A DNA stretch of 64,000 bases. It comes from an uncultured Candidatus Saccharibacteria bacterium (GTDB lineage: Bacteria > Patescibacteriota > Saccharimonadia > Saccharimonadales > JAGQNJ01). Numbering within the stretch: the first letter of the stretch is position 1; each line of letters begins with the position of its first letter. Positions 35,794 to 42,878 of this stretch are shown one piece after another. The stretch lies in the NCBI GenBank assembly GCA_964493895.1, contig CAZBPY010000001.1:91233-155232 (forward strand), read 5' to 3'. Below the pieces are notes generated by a model. The model did not search any database. It saw only the letters and a list, made by a program, of their open reading frames with translations, and had not been told where the DNA came from. The position numbers and the translations under genes are program-made.

Positions 35794-35863
35794 CCCGACA
35801 GGATTCGAACCTGTGGCCTCCGGCTCCGCAAGCCGACGCTCTATCCAGCTGAGCTACGGGTGC
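35787..35863 (-). tRNA. tRNA-Arg with anticodon GCG (not the usual bacterial ACG), CCA encoded
   Basis: Manual fold: GCACCCG-TA-GCTC-AGCTGGATA-GAGC-G-TCGGC-TTGCGGA-GCCGG-AGGCC-ACAGG-TTCGAAT-CCTGT-CGGGTGT-ACCA. The body resembles E. coli tRNA-Arg(ACG). Confidence 0.85.
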
Positions 35864-35938
35864 AAGTTGGTTGCTTGCGCAACAGGGGTAATTTTAGCAT
35901 GGTACAGATGTGATTACCAGTGTAGAATGGAGGTGCGC

Positions 35939-36030
35939 GGAGAGGTGCAGGAGTGGTTGAACTGGCCGCTCTCGAAAAGCGGTAGGCCGTTTTCGCGGTC
36001 TCGTGGGTTCGAATCCCACCCTCTCCGCCA
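35939..36030 (+). tRNA. tRNA-Ser (anticodon CGA), CCA encoded
   Basis: Manual fold: anticodon arm CCGCT-CTCGAAA-AGCGG, long variable arm. The 3-prime 36 nt are identical to those of tRNA-Ser(UGA). Confidence 0.9.
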
Positions 36031-36231
36031 GGTTATTGTCTACCTAAAGGATCGACGTCCGAAGCGCGTAGTTCCTTTATGGGCTATTCCAGCCAATCTC
36101 TGCCGGTTACCATCTTCGATACATGGTCTTGGCCATAATCGATCGAGGTCTTCACGCCTGTTTTGGCGACGTTTTGGCTTCCTTATTGTAGAAAATTTGT
36201 GCTCTTCTGTTCAGATGCTATAGATGTATAC

Positions 36232-36260
36232 TTGTCTTTTTCGCTAATCTATGCTATAAT
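36232..36260 (+). promoter_or_regulatory. Sigma-70 promoter (TTGTCT - 17 nt - TGcTATAAT)
   Basis: TTGTCT 36232..36237, 17-nt spacer, extended -10 TGc TATAAT ending at 36260. It lies 30 nt upstream of ATG 36291. Confidence 0.6.
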
Positions 36261-36290
36261 CAAAGATGTTAGAAGCAAAAACTCAAACAC

Positions 36291-37181
36291 ATGACAGAAA
36301 AAGAGCCAGGCAAAAACAGTGAACAAGCTAACCAGAGTGGTGGTTTACCCGAGGTTGTTAACTTTGAGAGACCGCTTCGTACACCTGATGAACTGATGGA
36401 GGCCTTGGGTGCGCCGGCTATAGCACAGTCTGGCGGCGATGTCACCCCGGTACCAGAGACCAAGGCTAGTGATACAATAGCTGCCGCTGAGGTACAAAGT
36501 GGTGTGGATCCTGACCTAAGGACGCTGATTGAAAACCCTGACGCTCTGAGCCCAAAGGAGCGTCAAAGAATTGTTGAAAAAGCCGAGGTGCAAGCTGCTT
36601 GGGAATCTGCCAAACACCGAGTGGTTGTTATGGACAAGACTGGGCAACCATATTGGGGGGCAGAATTTCCATCAGTGTTTGCCTTTAATGGTCAGATGCG
36701 CGGCAAATTCGGTCGTGTCCCTAAGGATCGTGACAAGTGGACACCTGGCATGCAAGCCGCTGGTCTTTCCGGAGAACGCGCCATGGGCGGGGCCTACAAC
36801 ACTGTGATAATTGCGTTCGACGATGGAGAAAAAGTAGTGGTACGTAAGAAAAATGAGGCCATTAGCGCCGATGCCCAGCAATTCGAAATCATCTCAACTT
36901 CGCGAAGTCGCAAAAATGGCGAGATAAGTCGTGAAGATTTGCCGTCTGAGCTGCTGGATGGCGTGATTGTCGTTCCTGGCGAGCCACTGGTGCTTGGCGC
37001 TGATGCCAGCGGTAAGCGAATGCGTTCTAGGGGATTGGTCACTAAAATTACGGCCATGGAACATGATGACAACGGTTTAGTCCCAAGCAACCATCCTCAT
37101 TTACAGAAAGCTGAGAAGCAACGCAATACCTTAAATGACTTCAGGGCTGATCTCGTAGAAGCCACAGGAAGGACAGCATAA
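36291..37181 (+). CDS. Hypothetical protein (first gene of a two-gene module next to tRNA-Ser)
   Basis: 296-aa ORF with no recognised domain. Its stop lies 2 nt before the next start. Confidence 0.5.
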   Translation: MTEKEPGKNSEQANQSGGLPEVVNFERPLRTPDELMEALGAPAIAQSGGDVTPVPETKASDTIAAAEVQSGVDPDLRTLIENPDALSPKERQRIVEKAEVQAAWESAKHRVVVMDKTGQPYWGAEFPSVFAFNGQMRGKFGRVPKDRDKWTPGMQAAGLSGERAMGGAYNTVIIAFDDGEKVVVRKKNEAISADAQQFEIISTSRSRKNGEISREDLPSELLDGVIVVPGEPLVLGADASGKRMRSRGLVTKITAMEHDDNGLVPSNHPHLQKAEKQRNTLNDFRADLVEATGRTA

Positions 37182-37183
37182 TT

Positions 37184-38143
37184 ATGGGTGAGAAGATGGC
37201 ACACGACACCGATCCAGCTAACGGTGCCCTCCAGCCAGAAGCTGCCATTGACGATTTAGAGTCGGCAATTAATCAGCAGATCGAACTGGCAATAAAATCT
37301 GGTGAGCTTATTGTTGATGAATCTGGTGAACCTCAGTACGGATTTGCCCCTAGCGGTGAGCGTTCACAGTTGCCCGTTCGAGAGTGGGCCATGGTGCGCA
37401 CCGAAGGATTCAAACAGTGGTTTGGCGACTGGCAGTCTGACCCAGAAAATGCTTCGAAGATGGTTGATGAAAATGGTGAACCAAAATTGTTTTACCATGG
37501 CACACACCGTGAGTTTGACGACTTCGATCCTTTGGCACCAAGCGTTACCGCTGACCCGGGAATAAACGATGAAGCAAGTTATTTCACTGATAACCTTGAC
37601 CAGGCTAAACTTTATGCTCAGCACCTGCGCCAGGAAGGTAAGGAGCTTGTTCAACATCTTGCTCGTCAGATTGCTAATCAGGAGCATGCTCCAAAGGAGA
37701 TTGGCACGGTTTGGAATGAATTCATGTCTGCTCTGGCCGCTGGCAACTATAGCGAAGATGATGGACTTGTTACTGTCGCCTTGAATAACCAGGGTCATGA
37801 TTATAGGTTGTCCGGTGATGCCACGGAGTTGGAGGTGTTCTTCAATGGCAAATTACCGACCGCCGAAAATCCGGTTGAGCTAACTCCAAGCGGCAAGTAT
37901 ATGATGCCGGGCTCAATGGTTGCTGAGCCGAAAGTTGTATCGGTTTTTATTAATGCTCGAGATTTGAAACAAGGTCAATCGGCTGCTAACACTTTTGATC
38001 GTAAGTTTATGGAGCTTCTGGATCAAGAGGGTGATGCTGTGCTCGTAGATGTTGCCGGCTGGGGAGATCAACGACCAGCTCAACATATGGCGGCCGTAAA
38101 AGACCCAAGCAAAGTCATGATCGTTGGCTCGCAAGTTGTTTAG
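37184..38143 (+). CDS. Putative polyvalent-protein-type ADP-ribosyltransferase-like (ART-PolyVal-like) domain protein
   Basis: VRTEGFKQWFGDWQSDPENASKMVDENGEPKLFYHGTHREFDDFD...EASYFTDNLDQAKLYAQ matches my memory of the FKxWFGDS..DENGxP..YHGT..F..F...YFT...A..YA pattern in phage and conjugative-element polyvalent proteins. Not verified by search. Confidence 0.45.
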   Translation: MGEKMAHDTDPANGALQPEAAIDDLESAINQQIELAIKSGELIVDESGEPQYGFAPSGERSQLPVREWAMVRTEGFKQWFGDWQSDPENASKMVDENGEPKLFYHGTHREFDDFDPLAPSVTADPGINDEASYFTDNLDQAKLYAQHLRQEGKELVQHLARQIANQEHAPKEIGTVWNEFMSALAAGNYSEDDGLVTVALNNQGHDYRLSGDATELEVFFNGKLPTAENPVELTPSGKYMMPGSMVAEPKVVSVFINARDLKQGQSAANTFDRKFMELLDQEGDAVLVDVAGWGDQRPAQHMAAVKDPSKVMIVGSQVV

Positions 38144-38766
38144 ACTTTAGCAAACACGATTGCCCTAAAGGCTACGGCGTCGGTTTGGTGAAGGAGCTTA
38201 AAAATCTCGTTAATTGTGGCGCCGGTGGTTATAACATCATCGACAACTACAATTGGTCGTCTCCCGGAATAACTGGGGTGAATTTGATAAACTCCTTGAA
38301 TTTGCTGGGTACGCTGAGCTTTGGAGGCGCCGGCCTGTTTGGCTCGACCATGTCGCACTAGCAGCCGTTCATACTTCAAGCCGCGCAAGCGGGCAAACTC
38401 ATGGGCGATTAGGTGGGTGTGGTCAAAACCTCGCTCGCGTATTCGAGCCGGAGCAGTAGGTACAGAAGTAACAATATAATCTCGGGGCATTTGTGGTAAT
38501 CGCTCGTGCATTGCTTTGGCAATCAATAAGCATGCCGGTCGCTGACAGTCAATTTTCATTGCATGAACCAGTAACTTTGCAAAGCCGTTATAGGCTGTGG
38601 CCGCCGAGTACTCGATCGGAGTTGATTTAGTGTGTTCTCTAGACACAGTAGTGAATAAATGCGGCCAGCAGTCTTGGCAGATTAAATCACCTTCGGCTCG
38701 GCAGCCAAGACAGTCGTATGGAGCAATAAGGTTAAGGATTTTGTTCAGGAAGTTCATTGTTTTCAA
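38140..38766 (-). CDS. comFC: ComF family protein (ComFC-like phosphoribosyltransferase-fold)
   Basis: N-terminal zinc-finger cysteines CLGCRAEGDLICQDCW. PRTase motif VVVDDVITTGATINE. Confidence 0.85.
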   Translation of the reverse strand: MKTMNFLNKILNLIAPYDCLGCRAEGDLICQDCWPHLFTTVSREHTKSTPIEYSAATAYNGFAKLLVHAMKIDCQRPACLLIAKAMHERLPQMPRDYIVTSVPTAPARIRERGFDHTHLIAHEFARLRGLKYERLLVRHGRAKQAGASKAQRTQQIQGVYQIHPSYSGRRPIVVVDDVITTGATINEIFKLLHQTDAVAFRAIVFAKV

Positions 38767-38935
38767 GCATAGCCGAAAATGATTAAATTTAGATTAACAG
38801 AGGCCAGTTTGGGCGTTGTAAAAAGTGTGTTGTAAATAGTGTAGTCAAGCTGTTGCTCGGTCAGCTTAGTCTAGGATATACTTGCAGTAATACAAAAAGA
38901 TACTCATAGAAATTAGTAGTGGAGGGTAAAACACT

Positions 38936-39433
38936 ATGGCTCGAAAAGGCCGCAACGATGACGATTTATTAATCGAAGATGAATTGACCGCCGCTTTTCT
39001 AAGCGACGAAGATGTAGTCCAAGATGCTGCCGCAGCTGCCGGAGCAACTGTCGACCCAGCCGGCGAACCAGCTGGACCATCAGACGAGTGGGACGAAGAA
39101 GAGGCTGTACCAGGCCAACTGGCTGTTGATGTTTATGAAACCAAAGAAAAATTGGTCGTCAAAGCCCGCACTGCCGGTGTCAATAAATCAGACCTGGACG
39201 TTAATATCTCTGACAACACCCTTAGCATTAAGGGAACTTTGTCGGCCGGCAACGACGATAATGTCGTTAATTACTTCGTACAAGAGTGCTATTGGGGCGA
39301 ATTCTCACGCAGCATCGCTCTGCCAATTCCGGTGAAGGAAGAAGGCATTGTAGCCGAACTGAAAGACGGGGTCTTGACCATTTCGTTTACGAAGGTCAAG
39401 CAAGATACTGTTAAGAAGATCCAGGTTCTCTAG
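38936..39433 (+). CDS. Hsp20/alpha-crystallin small heat-shock protein
   Basis: Alpha-crystallin domain DVYETKEKLVVKARTAGVNKSDLDVNISDNTLSIKG ... AELKDGVLTISFTK. GGAGGG Shine-Dalgarno. Confidence 0.9.
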   Translation: MARKGRNDDDLLIEDELTAAFLSDEDVVQDAAAAAGATVDPAGEPAGPSDEWDEEEAVPGQLAVDVYETKEKLVVKARTAGVNKSDLDVNISDNTLSIKGTLSAGNDDNVVNYFVQECYWGEFSRSIALPIPVKEEGIVAELKDGVLTISFTKVKQDTVKKIQVL

Positions 39434-39456
39434 TAAAACAAACACCTGGAACAAGA

Positions 39457-39480
39457 AACACCCCCGGAAACGGGGGTGTT
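39457..39480. terminator. Bidirectional rho-independent terminator between hsp20 and the pilin operon
   Basis: AACACCCCCG-GAAA-CGGGGGTGTT: a 10-bp GC-rich stem with a GAAA loop, T-rich on the plus side (TTATT) and TCTTGTT on the minus side. Confidence 0.75.
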
Positions 39481-39500
39481 TTATTAGCTTTGACTTAGGT

Positions 39501-39908
39501 TTAAGCTTCGGTCACCCGCTGCAATACGAAGCGGACGATAACTTGGGCCAAGGCGACGATCACCAAGCCGATGATGGCTCCCAGGATGGTTTGCTTAGCG
39601 CCACTAACTCCGGTAGAGTCACCGCCAGAAGTAATGTACTTAATACCGCCGATGATGATCATGATGACGGCTACCACACCGACGACCAGCGAGAAGATGT
39701 TAATCACGGTCTCGATGATGGTGTTGACTCGTTCGTCAGGATCGTCAATATCACAGTTTCTACTGGTTGTACTTAGGCAGGTACCTCGTCTCAGGCCATC
39801 TTCGATATCTGCTTGGGCGCCTGCTGGTGCAGCCAGCAATGCAGCCGGGGTAAGCATCAGAGTGAGTGCTGCCAAGCTGGCTGCAAGTTGTTTTAGAATT
39901 TTTTTCAT
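39501..39908 (-). CDS. T4SS pilin-like protein (VirB2/TrbC-topology, CPR type), paralog 1
   Basis: Signal peptide (LAASLAALTLMLTPAALLAAPAGAQA), a Cys pair, then the two-helix core VVGVVAVIMIIIGGIKYITSGGDSTGVSGAKQTILGAIIGLVIVALAQVIVRFV. Confidence 0.75.
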   Translation of the reverse strand: MKKILKQLAASLAALTLMLTPAALLAAPAGAQADIEDGLRRGTCLSTTSRNCDIDDPDERVNTIIETVINIFSLVVGVVAVIMIIIGGIKYITSGGDSTGVSGAKQTILGAIIGLVIVALAQVIVRFVLQRVTEA

Positions 39909-39981
39909 TGGTTAGTTTCCTTTCGTTGTTTCTTGATTTTAATCTATCACACGCCTAGCATAACCGCAAGAATCATCACTG

Positions 39982-40353
39982 TCATGATACTCTCTCTAAG
40001 ACAAATCGGACTAGAATCTGAGCCATGGCTACGATTACTAGGCCAATCAAAGCGTATAAGATGGTGTTTTTGGCATTATTTACGCCAGTCGAGTCACCTC
40101 CGGACAAAACATAACGGAGGCCGCCGATGATGATCATAATAACAGCCGCTATCCCGACAACCCAACTGAGTATATTTATAACCAACCGGATTATCTCTTG
40201 GACATTGGGACCGCTGCTGGCTCGGCCGGTGGCATTGACACCCTGCCTAACATTTTGAACCGGGCTTTGGGCAGCAACTGAAACTGGTGCCAGAATCGGG
40301 ATACTCAATAATAGGCTGGCTGATAGCATGACAAGGGTCAAAAGTTTACGCAT
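39982..40353 (-). CDS. T4SS pilin-like protein, paralog 2
   Basis: Signal peptide and the core WVVGIAAVIMIIIGGLRYVLSGGDSTGVNNAKNTILYALIGLVIVAMAQILVRFV. Confidence 0.75.
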   Translation of the reverse strand: MRKLLTLVMLSASLLLSIPILAPVSVAAQSPVQNVRQGVNATGRASSGPNVQEIIRLVINILSWVVGIAAVIMIIIGGLRYVLSGGDSTGVNNAKNTILYALIGLVIVAMAQILVRFVLERVS

Positions 40354-40357
40354 GTTT

Positions 40358-40753
40358 TTATAGTCTCCTTAAAACAAATAATACCAGGGCCTGAGCCATT
40401 ACCGCAATGGCCACCCCAATCAAAGCGTATAAGATGGTGTTTTTGGCATTATTTACGCCGGCTGTGTCACCTTCGGACAAAACATAACGGAGACCGCCGA
40501 TGATGATCATAATAACAGCCGCTACCCCGACAACCCAGCCAAGAATCTCGATAGCCCGCGTCAATAGTCCCTCTGGACCGGTGATTGGGTTTTCGTCTGA
40601 AGCTTTACAGGCCGAGGCTTGGGGCGTTCGACGACAAACGACTTCCAAGGGATCGCCTTGGGCAAGGGCCGGCGCTGGCACAAGGCCGCCCAGGCCAACG
40701 CCAACAAAGCTTATCATCAGAAAAGCGACTGCGGCGGTAATTAAGCGCCTCAT
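40358..40753 (-). CDS. T4SS pilin-like protein, paralog 3
   Basis: Start set to ATG 40753 (MRRLITAAVAFLM), which forms an ATGA overlap with the paralog 4 stop. The core is nearly identical to paralog 2. Confidence 0.75.
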   Translation of the reverse strand: MRRLITAAVAFLMISFVGVGLGGLVPAPALAQGDPLEVVCRRTPQASACKASDENPITGPEGLLTRAIEILGWVVGVAAVIMIIIGGLRYVLSEGDTAGVNNAKNTILYALIGVAIAVMAQALVLFVLRRL

Positions 40754-41046
40754 GAGAAAGCTCTCCCAAGTACAAATTGGACAATTGCCCACGCTAAAAC
40801 TGCCACGACCAGGCCTATGACAGCGTAAATTATAGTGTCTTTAGCACGAGCGGTTTTCTGGGGGTCACCGGCCGACAACACGTACTGCAGAGCGGCCACC
40901 GTAATCACCAAGACTGCAATTGAACCAAGGATAATAAAAGTTAGCGACAAGACATCGGCCAGTCTCTCGGATACAAAGCCACCGGAAACCCGCTTGTTAG
41001 GCAGATTAACGTCTCTGGTGTTGATTTGAGCTAGAAGTCGTATCAT
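40750..41046 (-). CDS. T4SS pilin-like protein, paralog 4 (core only, no obvious signal peptide)
   Basis: Core LGSIAVLVITVAALQYVLSAGDPQKTARAKDTIIYAVIGLVVAVLAWAIVQFV. TAATG overlap with the paralog 5 stop. Confidence 0.7.
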   Translation of the reverse strand: MIRLLAQINTRDVNLPNKRVSGGFVSERLADVLSLTFIILGSIAVLVITVAALQYVLSAGDPQKTARAKDTIIYAVIGLVVAVLAWAIVQFVLGRAFS

Positions 41047-41495
41047 TATGCCACCAATCTTGTTGAAATAAATCGAACTAGTCCCGAAGCAATTATAGCA
41101 ATTGCCACACCGATAACGGCGTTAATTATGGCATCCTTGGCTTTGGCCGTTTCGTCCGGATTGCCCTGGCTAAGTACATAGCGGAATCCGCCAACAATGA
41201 TAAAGGCGATGGCTACAATGCCGGCTATGAACAATAGGATTTCAATTAAAGCCAAGCCGATTGACAGAAAGGACATCAGCTTGCCCACTTCAAAGTCCAT
41301 CACTAAACGGCACTTGTTGGCCGGATCTCTTTGCCCCTCGAGATATTTGTACCAAGTCGGAACGCCAAATCTTGAGGTCGGCAATTTGCAAGAGTCGCCG
41401 GCTCTGGCCATAGCCACAGAAGACATAGCTACTACTGGCACCAGGAAGCCCACTGTGAACATTATTAGTATTGCTAGACGCCTCATCCGTTTCAT
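41046..41495 (-). CDS. T4SS pilin-like protein, paralog 5
   Basis: Start set to ATG 41495 (MKRMRRLAILIMF; TAATG overlap with the paralog 6 stop). Signal peptide, a Cys pair, and the core IAGIVAIAFIIVGGFRYVLSQGNPDETAKAKDAIINAVIGVAIAIIASGLVRFI. Confidence 0.75.
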   Translation of the reverse strand: MKRMRRLAILIMFTVGFLVPVVAMSSVAMARAGDSCKLPTSRFGVPTWYKYLEGQRDPANKCRLVMDFEVGKLMSFLSIGLALIEILLFIAGIVAIAFIIVGGFRYVLSQGNPDETAKAKDAIINAVIGVAIAIIASGLVRFISTRLVA

Positions 41496-42139
41496 TATGT
41501 CAAACCTCCTGGAATTAGCCATTGTAATACCACGAACAACATGAAGTAAGCGATTAGGGCAATCATAGCATTGACTATTCTTTTTTTAGATTCGGCTGCT
41601 TGTTGGGGGTTGCCGCCAGAACTGCTGTACTGAATTCCGGCAATAATTATCACGGCAATAACTACAATCCCCACTAAAGCGCTGAGGATATTAATGACTA
41701 GTTTGGCCAGAATGACAATTGGATTACGATTAATACATCTTTGGCTAGCATTACAGTTAGCGATGGCTTCGCGGTTGGGGTTGGTAAGGCTTTGGGCGGC
41801 TCGCCGGTCTTCGTTTCTCTGTTGAAAGGCATCTAGCGCATCGGGGCCTTGAACCACGGCTGCATAATTGCGGCATATGAAGCTGTCTAGGGCGTAGGAT
41901 TGAACCCCAAACTGAGTTCGTACGTAACACTTATCATCCTCAGGACCCCTGCCAGTGGCGGCTACGATGTGAGCCCGGATTGAACTACAATCCACAGCTA
42001 CGGTTTGGGGATCTTGCTGGATAGGGCCTTGGAGTTTATAGCACACTGGTGGCGCAGCTGAGGCTGGCGACGCCAGGAATGCTCCAAGCCAAAAAACATT
42101 CACCAATATCAGGCCTAGAATATAGTGAAGTCTTTTCAT
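41495..42139 (-). CDS. T4SS pilin-like protein, paralog 6 (long Cys-rich ectodomain)
   Basis: Signal peptide, an approximately 120-aa region with 8 Cys, then the core LVGIVVIAVIIIAGIQYSSSGGNPQQAAESKKRIVNAMIALIAYFMLFVVLQWL. ATGA overlap with the upstream gene. Confidence 0.7.
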   Translation of the reverse strand: MKRLHYILGLILVNVFWLGAFLASPASAAPPVCYKLQGPIQQDPQTVAVDCSSIRAHIVAATGRGPEDDKCYVRTQFGVQSYALDSFICRNYAAVVQGPDALDAFQQRNEDRRAAQSLTNPNREAIANCNASQRCINRNPIVILAKLVINILSALVGIVVIAVIIIAGIQYSSSGGNPQQAAESKKRIVNAMIALIAYFMLFVVLQWLIPGGLT

Positions 42140-42708
42140 TCGGAGTCCACCAGCTGATAATTAAAAATCTTGACTGACTCGCCTTCGGAATTCATGTTGA
42201 AGGCCATATCGATGACGTCAACGCCTTCGAGAACCGGGCAGGCCACCACCACCCGCGGCTCTTCATCACCAACTTCGACGTCCAGAATGGTTTTGGTATC
42301 GTCAATGTCGCAGGCACCTAGGTTCAGCCCCTTCAGAAGCGGTACTGCTTCATTAATAAACACGTCGCGTTCAATTCCGCCCTGCGGATCAATGTAAGTG
42401 TCGTAAGCTTCTTCGTATTTATCTTGCTGGACCAGTTCAAAAAACTTTTTGATAGTTTCCTGCTCGGTAGGGGCTGTAGGCTGATCAGTTTCCTGCCGAG
42501 TTGTCACTTGTTCTTCATTAACATTACTAGAAGTCGAAAACAACATGCCAGCAATCAGCAGTATTATTGTAATCACCACCAACACAAGCAAAATTATTAG
42601 CTTTTTGCTCATTTTCTTTTTGCCGGCATTTGGCCCCGGGTCATCTTGGTTAACAATAAAATCAAAATTCGGAGCTGGCTTTTGATTGGTGCCTGATGGT
42701 GTTTCCAT
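42136..42708 (-). CDS. Bitopic membrane protein, candidate VirB8-like (TM helix plus a small putative NTF2-like domain)
   Basis: Cytoplasmic N-terminus with the FDFIVNQ motif, TM helix LIILLVLVVITIILLIAGMLF, a linker, and a roughly 110-aa domain starting IKKFFELVQQDKYEEAYDTYI. It is the first gene of the pilin operon. The fold assignment is inference only. Confidence 0.4.
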   Translation of the reverse strand: METPSGTNQKPAPNFDFIVNQDDPGPNAGKKKMSKKLIILLVLVVITIILLIAGMLFSTSSNVNEEQVTTRQETDQPTAPTEQETIKKFFELVQQDKYEEAYDTYIDPQGGIERDVFINEAVPLLKGLNLGACDIDDTKTILDVEVGDEEPRVVVACPVLEGVDVIDMAFNMNSEGESVKIFNYQLVDSE

Positions 42709-42878
42709 TTTTGTTATTCGCTTTTAGGATCCTGTTGATCGTTCAGCAGTTATTGTATACCAGTTTGTCGCCGACCTCAATAGACCTAATGTTTATTTAT
42801 CTCAATGATTGTATGATCTAGGCGCTTAGCATGTTTGAGCTAGTGGTTATGTGGTGTAAGATATCTAAAGAAGATCCG

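Noticed and set aside
35750-36223. 157-aa plus-strand ORF across tRNA-Arg and tRNA-Ser(CGA)
   Set aside because: It is a translation artefact of the 110-bp repeat plus two tRNA genes (GFEPVASGS and RGFESHPLR are T-arm read-throughs).
38820-38880. Imperfect inverted repeat (TAGTCAAGCT ... AGCTTAGTCTA) upstream of hsp20 as a heat-shock operator
   Set aside because: The arms are imperfect and unlike the CIRCE or HAIR consensus. The repeat overlaps a plausible TTGCTC-18-TATACT promoter, and the evidence is insufficient.
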